A stretch of DNA of 64,000 nucleotides, from assembly GCF_963921235.1 (NCBI RefSeq), contig NC_086109.1, positions 33,482,001 through 33,546,000 on the forward strand. The letters run 5' to 3'. The stretch's first letter is position 1. The number at the start of each line of letters is the position of its first letter. Below the pieces are notes generated by a model, which was not told where the DNA came from, made no database searches, and saw nothing but the letters and a program-made list of their open reading frames with translations. Below, one piece after another: positions 50,650 through 63,656 of the stretch. Position numbers and translations under genes: made by a program. This stretch comes from Mobula hypostoma. Taxonomy: Eukaryota.

Positions 50650-51345
50650 ATAGATACTTTATTGATCCCAAAGGTAATTACAGTGTCACAGTAGCATTAC
50701 CAGTGCACAGATATACAAATATTAGAAGAGAAGTAAGAAAGAATAAAAAAAAAGTTACCTCAAGCAGTTTAACAGGAGGGGGTCATCACTTCCCTGGCTG
50801 TAGGTTGACATTATAGAACATAAGGGCTGAGGGTAAGAATGACCTCATATAGCGCTCTTCGGAGCAGCGCAGTTGTCTTAGTCTATTACTAAAAGTGCTC
50901 CTCTGTTCAGCCAAGGTGCAGTGTAGAGGGTGAGAAACATTGTCCAGAATTGCCAGGATTTTCTGGAGGGTCCTTTGTTCTACCACAGCCTCCAGCATGT
51001 CCAGTTTGACTCCTATAACAGAGCCAGCCTTTCTTTCTAATCAGTTTATTGATCCTGTTGGCATCATCCATGTTGCTGCCATTGCCCCAGCACACCACCA
51101 CATAGATGATTGTACTGGCAGCAACAGACTGGTAGAACATGTGAAGGAGAGGCCTGCGTACCCCAAAGGACCCCAGTCTCCTCAGGAAGTAGAGGCAACT
51201 CTGGCCCTTGTACACAGCCTCTGCGTTGGTGCTCCACTCAAGTCTGTCATCCAGGTGCACCAGCAGCTACATGTAGGTCCTCACCACATCCACATCCTCA
51301 CCATCAACAGTAACAGGGAGCAGTCTTCCTCGAGTCCATCACCAT
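50650..51345 (-). mobile_element. Rex1-type LINE 3' fragment inserted in a CR1 (50595-50650 plus ~51375-51730, + strand)
   Basis: KGQSCLYFLRRLGSF and SHPLH..FSNRLRQLRCSEERYMRSFLP. The flanking sequence is colinear with the CR1 3' end. Confidence 0.75.
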
Positions 51346-52199
51346 CTCCTTTGTCTTACTGACATTGAGCTGCAGGTGAAGGGCCTAGATGGAGTGAATG
51401 TGGAAAGGATGTTACCTGGAGTGGGCAAGTCTAGGACCAGAGGGCAAAACCTTGGAATAAAAGGACATCCCTTAGAACAGAGATGAGGAGGAATTTCTTT
51501 AGCCAGAGGGGGTGAATCTGTGGAATTTGTTACCACGAATGACTGTGGAGGCCAAGTGCTTGCGTATATTAAAGTGGAGGTTGGTAGGTTCTTGATTAGT
51601 AAGGGCATCAAAGGTTACAGGGAGAAGGTAGGAGAATGGAGTTGAGAGGGATAATAAATCAACCATGATGGAATGGCAGAGCAGACTTAATGGATTAAGC
51701 GGCCTAATTCTGTTCCTATGTGTTATGATTGATCATAGGTTTAACAGAGTAAAATGTGTTTGGGACCATTTCTGGATTAGTGAATAAAAATCAAGTAATT
51801 CAAGTTTGTACTTGATTTAGTGAGTTACCTTTGTGATCCATTGTGAATTCCAGGCTATGGTGCACAGGTTACATTGTTCTCATTGCAATACTTAATATGG
51901 ACCATTGAATGGAGACTTGTAAATAATAAGAGAACCTCAGAGCAGACACTGAAAGCTACCCTCCAAAATGCCACTCTCAGTGCTCCCCAACATATCAATC
52001 TTCTGACCAATACTGCCCCCTCAGCCTAGAATCCCTGACCCTGCCAACCCCTGACCTTTGCTACTGTCAACCATCCACCAATCCCGAACCTCAATAGCTC
52101 AATACCAGCCTCTGTGGAGCAATATGTCATGTTAGTGACCTGTGTAGGGACTGTAAAAGTGAGGAAACAAACACGTCTTCAAGGCAACCATAATCCAAT

Positions 52200-53360
52200 T
52201 ACGGATGCACTGAGCATGATCTTTCAAGAATCACTTGATTCTGGCATGGTCCTGGAGGACTGGAAGATTGCAAATGCCACTCCGCTCTTTAAGAAGGGAG
52301 GAACGCAAAAGAAAGGAAATTATAGTTAGCCTAGCCTCAGTGGTTGGGAAAGTGTTGGAGTTTATTATTAAGGATGAGGTTTCAGAGTACTTGGAGACTA
52401 ATGATAAAATAAGTCCAAGTCAGCATGGTTTCTGTCAAGGGAAATCTTGTCTGACATATCTGTTAGAGTTCTTCAAGGAAGTAACAAGCAGGGTAGACAA
52501 AGGAGAGGCAGTAGATGTAATTTGCTTGGATTTTCAGAAGGTATTTGATAAGGTGCTACACATGAGACTGCTTAACAAGATAAAATCCTGTGGCATTGCA
52601 GGAAAAATACTGGCATAGACAGAGGCATGGCTAACAGGCAGGAGACAGAGAGTGGGAATAAAGGGGGCCTTTTCTGGTTGGCTGCCAGTGAATAATAGTG
52701 TTCCTCAGGGGGTCAGTACGGGGACCGCTACTTTTCACATTGTTTGCCAATGATTTGGATGGCTTTATGGCAGAATTTGCGGATGATACAAAGATAGGTA
52801 GAGGAGTATGTAGGGCAATGCAATTGCAGCAGGACTTAGTCAAATTGGAAGAATGGGCAAAAAGTGGCAGATGGAATAGCGTTGGGAAATGTATGATAAT
52901 GCAGTTTGGTAAAAGGAACAATAGTGCAGACTGTTATCTAAATGTGGAGAAAGTTCAAACATCAGAGGGGCAGAGGGACTTAGGAATCCTCATGCAAGAC
53001 TCCCAGGAGATTAATTTACAAGTTGAGTCTGTGGTAAAGAAGGCAAATGCAATGTTGGGATTTATTTCAGGGGGAGTAGAATGTGAAAGCAAGGAGATAA
53101 TGTTGAAGCTTTATAAGACTCTAGTCAGATCATAAATGAAATATTGTCAACAGTTTTGCTCCCCATATCTCAGAAAGGATGTGTTGTTATTGGAGAGAGT
53201 CCAGAGGAGGTTCATAGGATGATTCCAAGAATGGAGGGGTTAATACTTGAGAGTGTTTGGCAGCTTTGGGCCTGTACACACTGGAATTTAAAAGAATGCG
53301 AGGGGATCTCATTGAAACCTACCGAATGTTGAAAGGACTAGATAGGTTGGATGTGGAGAG
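52200..53360 (+). mobile_element. CR1 RT fragment; its 3' end appears to resume at ~58575-58902
   Basis: LDFQKVFDKV and AEFADDTK. ggatgtggagagg at 53349 joins acgtttcctatagtcggggcatccaga at ~58576. Confidence 0.8.
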
Positions 53361-53854
53361 GTTAGAACATAGAACATAGGAATCTACAGCGCATTACAGG
53401 CCCTTCGGTCCACAATGTTTTGCCAACTGGGTAGCCTTCTCCAGGAACTGTCTGGAATTATTCTACCACATAGCTCTGTATTTTTCTAAGCTCCATGTAC
53501 CTAATTATTATTACAGATCCTGCCCACTCCTCACCCCTGTAGCTTAAAACTTGTAATTTTTAAAAACATTTTTCAGTTCCAGTGCAGGATTATACAGTTG
53601 AACCATTAACTCTGTTCCTCTCTACAGAAATGCGATGTGTCCTGCTAAGGACAGGTTGCAGAAAATTGGATTGTTTCTTTTGGAGTGTTGGAGGCTGAGG
53701 GGTGAGCTGCTAAAGTATATAAAAGAATGAGAGACATAGATAGGAAAAGTCTTTTTCCCCAGGATGGAAACGTCAGATACTAGAGGATATACCTTTAAGT
53801 TGAGGAGGGGGAAAGTTAAAGGAGTTTTAGGGGATATAAAGAGTGGTTGTTGTC

Positions 53855-54915
53855 AGGCCTGCACAGAGAGGTACCTGACCAACTCCCACTGGAGTACCAT
53901 GACTTAGCCATCGCTTTCAGTAAAAGGGAAACCTGCACCCTGCCACCTCACAGACCACACGACTGTGCAATCGACCTCCTCCCAGGCAAAACCCCATCCC
54001 AAGGTTGTCTCTTCTCCCCCTTCCTTCCTGAGACCCAAGCCATGAATGACTACATTGCCAAAACACTACAGCATGGTTTCATTCAACCATCCCAGTCCCC
54101 AGGCGGTGCAGGAATTTTCTTTGACTAAAAGAAAGATGGAGTGGGGGGGGGGGCTCTTCATCCTTGCATCGACTGCTGTGGACTCAACAAAATCACCATT
54201 AAGAACTATTACCTTCTCCCCTTGATGGGAGGTGTATTCAAAACACTGCGTGGGGACCAGATCTTCATCATACAGGATCTATGGAGTGCGTATAATCTGA
54301 TACAAATTCACCAGGGTGATGAGTGGAAGATTGTGTTCATAACCACCACTGACCACTACAAATATTTGGTGATGTCTTTTGAACTTGCCAACAGTCCAGC
54401 CGTTTTCCAAGTTTTCATCAATGAGATCCTTTGAGACATGCTACACAGGTGTATCTGTTCGACTACCTCGCTGACATCCTCATCTTCTCCAAGGACCCCC
54501 AAGATCATGTCTGCATATCAACGAGTCCTTCAGTGGCTCGTTGAAAACCAACTGTACTGCAAGTTAGAAAAATGCCATCTCCACACTCCAAACATTTCCT
54601 TCTTGGGTTACGTACCCTGGACCCAGAGAAACTGCACGGTATCATTGAGTGACACCAGCCGTGCTCCCTCAAACAGCTACAGCGCTTCTTGGTTTCCTCA
54701 AAACTTCTACCGCCATTTCATCAGAACTACAGCCAAATCACTACTCCTCTCACCTTCCTCACTAAATCACCTACCTCACGGAATACCTGGTCTAATGCCG
54801 TGGGCCATGCTTTTGAGGAGCTCAGGAAGCGTTTCACCACCGCTCCCATTCTCCACCATTCTCCAGACCTGTAGTGGTAGAGGTGGTCACATCTGATGTG
54901 AGTGCCAGGCCCATT
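53855..54915 (+). mobile_element. Sushi/chromovirus-like Gypsy pol (RT) fragment, with a small remnant also at 58483-58572
   Basis: [53 protein letters not shown] and LANSPAVFQ, plus distal WVLFF and KNTKVDTLSR. Confidence 0.8.
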
Positions 54916-54919
54916 CTCC

Positions 54920-55427
54920 TCCAGCGCGGACCGGATAGAAAGACCGGTAGTTATAGGGGATTCCATCGTAAGGGGGACGGACAAGAGATTCTGTGAGCCG
55001 CACAAGGATACCTGGATGGTGTGTTGCCTTCCTGGTGCCCAGGTATGGGATGTCTCAGATCGAGTCCAGAGTATTCTGAGGAGAGAGGGCGAGCAGCCGG
55101 AAGTCTTGGTACATGTTGGTACCAATGACATAGACAGAAAAAGAGAGGAGGTCCTGAAGAAAATTGAAAAGCCGGACCTCCAGAGTAATAATATCAGGAT
55201 TGCTGCCTGAGCTGCGCGCTAATGATGGTACGAATAGCAGAATTAAGCAGATGAATGTGTGGCTAAGTAACTGGTGCAGGGGGCAGGGCTTCAAATTCTT
55301 GAATGATTGGGATCTATTTTGGGAAAGGTATGACTTATACAAAAAAGATGGATTACACCTGAACCCAAAAGGTACTAATATCCTGGCGGGATTGTTTAAT
55401 ATAGCTGTTAGGGAGGGTTTAAACTAA
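54920..55427 (+). pseudogene. CR1 ORF1 SGNH-hydrolase (esterase) domain, truncated and frameshifted
   Basis: VVIGDSIVRG, LPGAQV, HVGTND and DGLHLN correspond to SGNH blocks I, II, III and V. Confidence 0.8.
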
Positions 55428-55528
55428 GTTGGCGAGGGGAAGGAAACCAAGGTGCTAGGTTCGAGGAAGAGGAAAATAGAAATAAGTCAAAAATACTGTG
55501 CAGCAAAGATCGCAAGAAGGACAGGCCG

Positions 55529-58390
55529 GTGAATATACAGGATAATTTGCTGCAAGATAGAAATATAGCAAAATCGACAATAGATACTGATCAATATGTA
55601 CTGTACTTAAATGCAGGCAGCATTAGAAATAAAGTGGATGACCTTGCTGCACAGCTGCAGGTTAAAAGATATGACATTGTGGCCATCACCGAGTCATGGC
55701 TAAATGATGGATGTGATTGGGAGCTGAATATCCAAGGATACACAGTGTATAGGAAAGATAGGAGGGTAGGTAAAGGGGGCGGCGTGGCCCTGATGATAAG
55801 TAATGATACCAAAGCAATAGAAAGAAGGGACATAGGATCAGAAGAGATAGAATCCTTATGGGTAGAATTAAGAAATGGCAAGGGTGAAAAGACACTAATA
55901 ACAGTTATATACAGGCCTCCAAACAGCAGCCGGGATGTGGACTACAAGTTGCAGCTGGAAATAGAAAAAGCGTGTCAGAAGGAAAATGTCAAGATAATTA
56001 TGGGGGATTTTAATATGAAAGTGGATTGGGAAAGTCAGGAAGGTAATGGATCTCAGGAAAGGGAGTTTGTAGAATGCCTACAGGATGGCTTTTTGGAGCA
56101 GCTTGTCCAGAAGCCCACCAGGGGACTAGCTGTTTTGGACTGGGTGCTGTGTAACGAACCTGAGGCGATTAGGGAGCTGGAGGTAAAGGAACCCCTTGAA
56201 AGTAGTGATCATAATATGATTGAGTTCAATTTCAAATTTGAAAAGGAGAAGCTGGTATCAGGTGTATCGATATTTCAGTGGAACAGGGGAAATTACAGTG
56301 GTATGAGAGAGGAACTGGCCCAAGTTGATTGGAAAAGTAAGCTAAATGGAGGGACGGCAGAGCAGAATTGGATGAAATTCCTACAAGAAATAAGGAAAAT
56401 GCAGGGAAAATATATTGGAAGAAAAAAGAAAATCATGAATGCAAAAATGGCACAAAAGTGGCTAGCGAGAGAGGTTAAGGCAAAAATAAAAGCAAAAGAA
56501 ATGGCGTACAAGGAAGCAAAAATTAGTGGGAAAAATGAGGACTGGAAGACTTTTAAAAACTTACAGAAGGAAACTAAGAAAGTCATTAGGAAAGAAAAGA
56601 TGAATTATGAAAGGAAGTTGGCGATTAACATAAAGAAGGATACTAAGAGTTTTTTTAAATATATGAAGAGTAAAAGGGTGACAAGGGTAGATACTGGACC
56701 GATTGAAAATGATGCTGGAGAAATTATAATGGATAACAAAGAGATGGCGGAGGAACTGAATGAATATTTTGCATCAGTCTTCACAGTGGAAGACATGTAC
56801 AATATACCTGATAGCCAGAGGTATCAGGGAATAGAATTAGGTACAGTCAAGGTTACTAGAGAGAAAGTGCTTGGGAAGTTAAATGGACTAAGAATAGATA
56901 AGTCTCCGGGCCCGGATGAGGTGCACCCAAGGGTTCTGAAGGAGGTGGCTTTGGAGATTGTGGAAGCATTGGAAATGATCTTCCAGGAATCAATAGACTC
57001 TGGCATGGTTCCGGAGGACTGGAAGGTCGCAAATGTAGTTCCGTTATTTAAGAAAGGAAGGGGGCAGCAAAAAGATAATTACAGACCTATTAGTCTGACA
57101 TCAGTAGTTCGAAAGATATTGGAGTCAATCCTCAAGGACGAGGTTATGAAATACCTCGAGGTGCATGACAAGATAGGCCGAAGCCAGCATGGTTTCATGA
57201 AGGGAAGATCCTGTCTCACCAACCTATTGGAATTTTTTGAGGTAATCTCGAATAAGATTGACAAGGGAGAGGCTGTGGATGTTGTGTATTTGGATTTTCA
57301 AAAGGCCTTCGATAAGGTGCCGCATATGAGGCTACTTAATAAGATGAGAGCCCATGGAATTATAGGAAAGATATTGAAATGGGTGGAGCATTGGCTGACA
57401 GGCAGAAAGCAAAGGGTGGGAATAAAGGGATCCTATTCTGATTGGTTGCTGGTTACTAGTGGTGTTCTGCAGGGGTCGGTGTTGGGGCCGCTTCTTTTTA
57501 CGATGTATATCGATGATTTGGATTATGGATTAAATAGTTTTGTGGCTAAGTTTGCGGATGACACCAAGATAGGTGGAGGAGTAGGAAATGTTGAAGAAAC
57601 GGAAAAGTTGCAGAGAGACTTAGTCAGTTTAGGAGAGTGGGCAAAGAAATGGCAGATGAGATACAACGTTGACAACTGTACGGTTGTACATTTTGGAAGA
57701 AGAAATAATCGGGCAGATTATTATTTAGATTGGGAGAAAATTCAAAAATCGGAAGTGCAAAGGGACCTGGGGGTCCTCGTGCAGGATACCCTAAAGGTTA
57801 ACCACCAAGTTGGATCAGCAGTAAGGAAAGCGAATGCCATGTTGGCATTCATTTCAAGAGGAATAGTGTATAAGAGTAGGGAGGTGTTGATGAGGCTCTA
57901 AGGGGCATTAGTGAGACCTCATTTGGAATACTGTGTGCAGTTTTGGGCCCCCTATCTTAGAAAGGATGTTCTGATGTTGGACAGAGTTCAGAGAAGATTT
58001 ACGAGGATGATTCCTGGAATGCAGGGGCTAACATATGAGGAGCGTTTGTCGGCTCTTGGATTGTATTCGTTGGAGTATAGAAGAATGAGAGGGGATCTCA
58101 TAGAAACATTTCGAACGTTGAAAGGGTTGGACAGAGTAGACATGGAAAGGTTGTTTCCCTTGGTGGGTGAGTCCAGGACAAGAGGCCATAGTCTTAGAAT
58201 TAGTGGGTACCCAGTTAAAACAGAGATGAGGAGAAATTTTTTTAGCCGGAGGGTCGTGGATTTGTGGAATTTGTTGCCACATACAGCTGTGGAGGCCCGA
58301 TCATTGAGGGTGTTTAAGGAAGAGATTGACAGGTATCTAATTAGTCAGGGTATCAAGGGATATGGGGAAAAAGCCGGAAATTGGAACTAG
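55529..58390 (+). pseudogene. CR1 ORF2 (APE and RT), single in-frame TAG at 57899-57901
   Basis: YLNAGSI, ITESWL, YRPPN, GDFN, SDHN, DFQKAFDKV, QGSVLGP and FADD. The 790-aa and 159-aa ORFs share one frame. Confidence 0.9.
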
Positions 58391-58574
58391 ATGGGTGAAT
58401 AGTTTAGCTCATGGGAGAGCTGTGGAGCAGACTCGATGGGCCGAATGGCCTACTTCTGCTCCTTTGTCTTGTAATCTTGTGACCTTTGGGTCCTCTTCTT
58501 CAAGCAATTCAACTTCATTTCCTGCCGACTCGACTTCAAGAACACTAAGGTGGACACCCTGTCACGACAGTTCG

Positions 58575-58902
58575 GACGTTTCCTATAGTCGGGGCATCCA
58601 GAACTCAGGGACACAGACTCAAAATAGAGGGGCTACCTTTTAGAGCAGAGGTAAGGAAGAATTTTTTTTAGCCAGAGGGAAGTGAATCTGTGGAGTGCTC
58701 TGCCACAGAGTACTGTGGAGGCCACGTTCGTGGGTATATTCAAGGTGGTAATTGATAGTTTCCTGATCGGTCAGGGCTTCAAAGAATATGGCAAGAAAGC
58801 AGGTATATAGGGTTGAGTGGGATCCAGGATCAGCCATGATGGAATGGCAGAGCCGACATGATGGGCTGAATGGCCTAATTCTGTTCCTATGTCTTATGGT
58901 CT
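58575..58902 (+). mobile_element. CR1 3' end
   Basis: aatttttttagccagagggaagtgaatctgtgg and tail cctatgtcttatggtct. Confidence 0.8.
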
Positions 58903-59094
58903 ACCAGTAGTGAGAACAGAAAAGATGTTTATTACCTTACAAGGATTTTGTGAATTCATTGATTTTAATATCCATCAAGCAACATCCATTATATGCAGTA
59001 TCTCTGGTGAGCTAATGCATTTAAGATCAACATTTGAGTAATATTCTTCATTTTAAACAACATTGAGAGCACCTGCAATGCGCTATGGTACTCA

Positions 59095-59328
59095 CCAACT
59101 TCAAAACATTAAACGAATACAAATGAAGACAGGAGTCCAGGAATATGGGAATACGGGTCTAGTTCGAGGTTACTTTAAGTGAAGTGCAGGTAGTGTGGTA
59201 GTGTGATGACATCATCAATTAACATACTTTTACATATACCTGTAATTAATAACTTAAACAAGACTGCTTAATGAAACTATATATCTACAGGGTTACTCAA
59301 ATATTATTGAAATATTATATACACAACA
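59095..59328 (-). mobile_element. Probable solo LTR remnant
   Basis: The minus strand starts TGTTGTGTAT and contains a poly(A)-signal-like agtaaa. The other end is not clearly defined. Confidence 0.4.
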
Positions 59329-59508
59329 AATATAGTTCTGCAAAAGTTGAGGCCAATTATGGATTGATAGCCAACGTAAGATGTGATCAATCCTTTCACT
59401 TCTGTTTTCGACCTCTATGATATTGTCCATCCTTGGTTCCACTGTTAACAGGCAATGCACCTGGTACTACAGCTTATTCTCGCACCTTGTCTGACTACTT
59501 GTAATTAT

Positions 59509-59679
59509 TATAGTGGTATAGTAATTAATAGTGTTATTCCTGCAGCACTCAGTTAGCCACTCCCTCGTGGGAGGAGTTCACACACTTTACAGACATAGTT
59601 ATCAATAAAGTTCAGTTGAATATCCTGCATTCTGGAGTCCTGGTGTGCTCTGCACTCTTCCTCAATAACAAATACAACA
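59509..59679 (+). mobile_element. Solo LTR of the Gypsy family seen at 25551 and 30257
   Basis: Shares taatagtgttattcc...taaagttcagttgaatatcct...acaaca with 25551-25717. Flanks attat/tttat are a candidate TSD. Confidence 0.8.
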
Positions 59680-60587
59680 TTTATACGAGCAGACCATAAG
59701 TCCCTTAAGCTTGATCCGTCATTGTATAAGATCATTCTGATTTGAGCCTTAACCTCAGCTCCAATTTCCAGCCCAACCCATAGTCCTTCATTACCCCCCA
59801 ATTCAAAAATATACCTTAGTCTTAGATATTCTTCAGATTCAAAAGTGTATCACTGATTCATTTACCTCTCACAATTGTGCATTAAGGCTGAAGTTGGCTG
59901 CTACACCATCCTCAAAGAACTCATCTGGCCTTGTTGTAGAGCCTAAGAATCACAGGTCAATTCTTAGCTCAAACAGGAGCCTATTTATTCCATCAACCTC
60001 TCTTCTACAGAAGTGCGGGAGGCCCAATCATCTTACAGATCCATGGTTTTACAAATCAGGGTGTCCTTTTACAGATTTTGGAGATGAGTTTGAACAAGAT
60101 GACCAGTGTAGAAAGAATCAGTCACCATCTCTTAACCAGTCTGTGCTCTGCGTGAGGTGTACAGTTTGTGTTCTGTTACATTTCATTAGTTCCAGCAAAG
60201 ATGATGAATTGGGAATGTATGTGCACTTTTGAGAGTCTGGGACTAACAAGAACACTGTGTCCCTTAGCAGGGTAAATGTACTTTTACTACTTTCCATTGG
60301 GCACAATTCCACCATAAATTTCAGCAGAAAACAAAAAAATGGTAGATTCCTTAAAATAACAGCCAAGTTGGATATTAACTTCAATGAAACAACAATGTTG
60401 ATTCATTTTCAGTTTTTGGGACACAAAAGCATAAATGTAAGAGTCAGCTATTCAGACCTTCAAACTGAGTCTACCATTCAGTAAGACCACAGCTGAGCGC
60501 TGACTTTCGTTCCCCTTTTTTTCACTAACCCCGTAACTGCTTGCAAAGAGCTAACTGCTGCAGGAACTGACTGCATCAGGTTCAATA

Positions 60588-61290
60588 GTTGGTTCCATTT
60601 ACTATCAGAGAATGTATGCAGTACCTATACAGCCTGAAATTCTTACTCTCTGCAGACACCCATAAAACAGAAGAAAAGCTCCAAAGAATGAATGACATGA
60701 ATATGTTAGAACCCCAAATCCCAACTCGCCCCTCCTACGCATAAGCAGCAGCAGAGCATCCCGCCTTCCCTCTCCCCACTGCTTCAACAACAGCATCAGC
60801 CCCCACCACCCTGAATGCAAACAATAGCAAAGCTTCCAGAGTTCATGACCTCGAGTCCATCATAAATCACTGTTCGTCCCAGCAGTTCAACATGCCACAG
60901 GCTCTCTCTCTCATTGGCAAGGGAGAGAGAGGTGTCACTCCTGCCACTGTGAGAGAGACCAACAGCTCGCTGTTTCAGTGCTGCAGTCTGCAGCTTTGTT
61001 TATTTCGACAGCAGGGTGAACTGCTGTCTCCGTGTTCCGATCTCCCGCGACGCTTCAGTGAGTTGGCGACAAATTGGGTCATCCACAGGGACGCACCCTG
61101 AAGGTGCACGTCTTCCAGGCTGCTCCCGGAGATGTCGGAGCGGGAACTCGCTGCTGTGAGGAACTGAAGTTTGAGTGCAGCTGTAGATCATGGATTCTGA
61201 CTAGGCCTCAGTCACCTTGAAAAGGAAAGAAGACTCATTAAAGAGAAGAGTTTAAAGTGTTTCACAGATGCACCGGAAGAAGCCACCCTC
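60588..61290 (-). mobile_element. Probable non-autonomous retroposon with a Rex1-like tail
   Basis: ttggttccatttactatcagagaatgtatgcag...cagcctgaaattctt is the antisense of a Rex1-type 3' end. The body is non-coding and GC-richer. Confidence 0.45.
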
Positions 61291-61296
61291 TGTCAC

Positions 61297-61465
61297 CAGG
61301 TAGCATCTGAGGAGGGAAATGGGCAGTCGACGTTTCAGGTCATGACCCTTCATCTGATCCGCGCCTTGATCCTGTCCATTTCCCTCTACAGATTCTACCT
61401 CACCCTTTTGAGTTCCTTCAGCAGTTTCTTTTTCCAGCTTCAGATTCCAGTATTCACAGTCTCTA
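61297..61465. mobile_element. Degenerate PLE-derived palindromic element
   Basis: cagtcgacgtttcaggtcatgacccttcatc (antisense hammerhead core) plus the inverted arm tgtccatttccctctacaga. Confidence 0.65.
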
Positions 61466-62829
61466 GTTCCTATAAACGCTTGTATCCTTCCATTCCCAAA
61501 AAATCTATGAACTTTTATCTTGACTGAGTCTCCACAGTTTACTTAGCAGAGAGTTCCAAATAATTACTATGTTCTGGGTGAAGACATTTCTTCTCCTCTC
61601 AGTCCTGATTGACTGATTCATTATTTTAACACTGTGAGGGCTGTCTCACATTTGCTATCAATCTGCAAATGACCTTAGTTTTTGCAGAACCATTTTTGCC
61701 TAGGCATTGAAATGAGAATTATAGTCCAATGCAAAGTGCTCTCAAAGTTTTATCCATGTGATCAATTCCAGCAGGTTTGCTTGGTTGTTTCAAATGAAAA
61801 GTATCATTCATATGTCAATCACAACTGCATTTGCTCACCAGAAATACATTGCGAATGTTGCTTGATGGACATTAGAATCAATGAAATCACAGAATCTTTG
61901 TAAGGTAACTCCACTATAAGCTCTAGTTAAATCTGAATGCATTAAGGGATTGTTAAGTAGTCTTCAGGGTCTAATTCTGTTTTAGCATTTAGATAATCAG
62001 TAATGTCGTCTTGTATTCCAGCATTCTCTCAGACAAATGTGTATTTACTTTTTGTCCTGTTATTGCCTCCCTTCTTCTACAATTATTGGTCTCTGTGTAT
62101 TCTCACTTGAATAAAACATTATATTTATATAAAAAGGACAACTCCTTTTTTTTGTTTTATTGGTTTATTAGATATCAAAAAAATCTAATATTATATAGTA
62201 GTATCAAATGATTTAGGAAGATGTAATGGAAGAAGAAATGCCAGTTAGGGAATAAAACCGATTTTGACATAATTGCACAGCAGATTATATCTCTGTTTCT
62301 GCTACTGTGCTCAAAATGTATATCCTTTCCCCCATTACCACTTTCAATCATCTAGCAATATGCTTGGGAATTATCTTGTTAAGTACCTTGCCTCTCTGTT
62401 TCTCATTCCACCCAACGTAACATTCCGTAAATCCCTCCTCTTTGTGATCATCCTTGAGATGATCTCTTTTAACTTAGCAATAACTTTCTGATTACTCTTC
62501 TGTATAATTCATTTGACATTGTTTGCCATTTTATAATGGTGCAATATAAAGACAAATTGCATCAAAAATAATTAGCAAGACTGGGTTGATGCAGAGGGGT
62601 CCAGTATAAACAGTAACTAAATTTATTGATCATGAAAAGATTCCTTGGATGAAATGAATTGCTTAGCACAATTATATAATCCGGATTTTGATTTTGTTAT
62701 AATAAGGCTAAGGGAAGCACTGCTGTGCTGTAATTCCATAAATTGGTATATTGTTCCTGCATGGAAGATGACTTTGAGTTGGATGACTCTCTACAAAAGT
62801 AATGCAGTCAATTCTGTTCTCCAGAGAGG

Positions 62830-63038
62830 AGACACAAGAGACTGCAGATGCTGGAATCTTGAGAAACACATAAAGCAGTAGAGGAACTCAGCAGGTCAGG
62901 AAGTATCAATGCATGAAAATGGACAGCTGACATTTTGGGTCAAGACATTTCATCTGTCTCAACCTGAAATGTCAACTGTCCATTTCTCTGCATAGATTCT
63001 GCCTGACCCATTGAGTTCTTCTAGTGCTTATTGTGTTG
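62830..63038. mobile_element. Degenerate PLE-derived palindromic element
   Basis: Leader ctgcagatgctggaatc as at 35224, with inverted arms gaactcagcaggtcagg...tggacag and ctgtcca...cctgacccattgagttc. Confidence 0.7.
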
Positions 63039-63656
63039 AATCCTATTCTTCAGCTCTTTCCCAATAGCTCTACAATTTTACTTCCTTTGCTGCCTATGTA
63101 ATTCCTTTTTGAAAATAACGATTGAATCTACTTCCATCACCTCCTCAGGCAGTGAATTCCGGATTAAGACTGCATGTCACACTAGTCCTTTTCCCTATCT
63201 ATTTAAACCCATGATCTTTTGTTCTTCAGCCTTCCACTAAAGAGAGACTGCTTCCACTTCATGCATTTTGCTGTTACTCCAGATACATTTGAACCTAGGC
63301 CTCTGACAAATTTAGTGTTAAAGTTAAAATGAGTGGCCACCCCTATCCTGTTCAGACACTGAGGTGTAAGGACTGTTGTCAGAGTAAATCTTACCTACCA
63401 TGAGATGCTTAGACATATTTTAAAGCCGGTTTTCCATGGTGGTGAGCATTCATTTTTTAAAATGTTCATGCCTGCCTTCTGATTGTACGAAATATAAGAA
63501 GCTTGTATTCATAAGAAGTTTCGAGTTGGTTCCCGTTGTTACATGTTGTTACCAAGTTAGCCCTCCTGAACAGTAGGTGCATTATGGCAATTTACTGACT
63601 CTCAAATGTAAAAAGCTTGAAGTACTGTAGACAAAACTGATGAAAATAGAGAGCCG

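Larger units (their letters stand above)
54920..58482 (+). mobile_element. Young CR1 LINE with ORF1 esterase remnant and nearly intact ORF2
   Basis: ORF1 C-terminus, ORF2, and a 3' UTR with tcttgtaatcttgtga tail. Confidence 0.92.

Noticed and set aside
59894..60484. 112-aa ORF and nearby ORFs in unique sequence, with a possible exon after ttttacag at 60074
   Set aside because: No recognisable domain and no convincing donor site, so it cannot be supported without transcripts.
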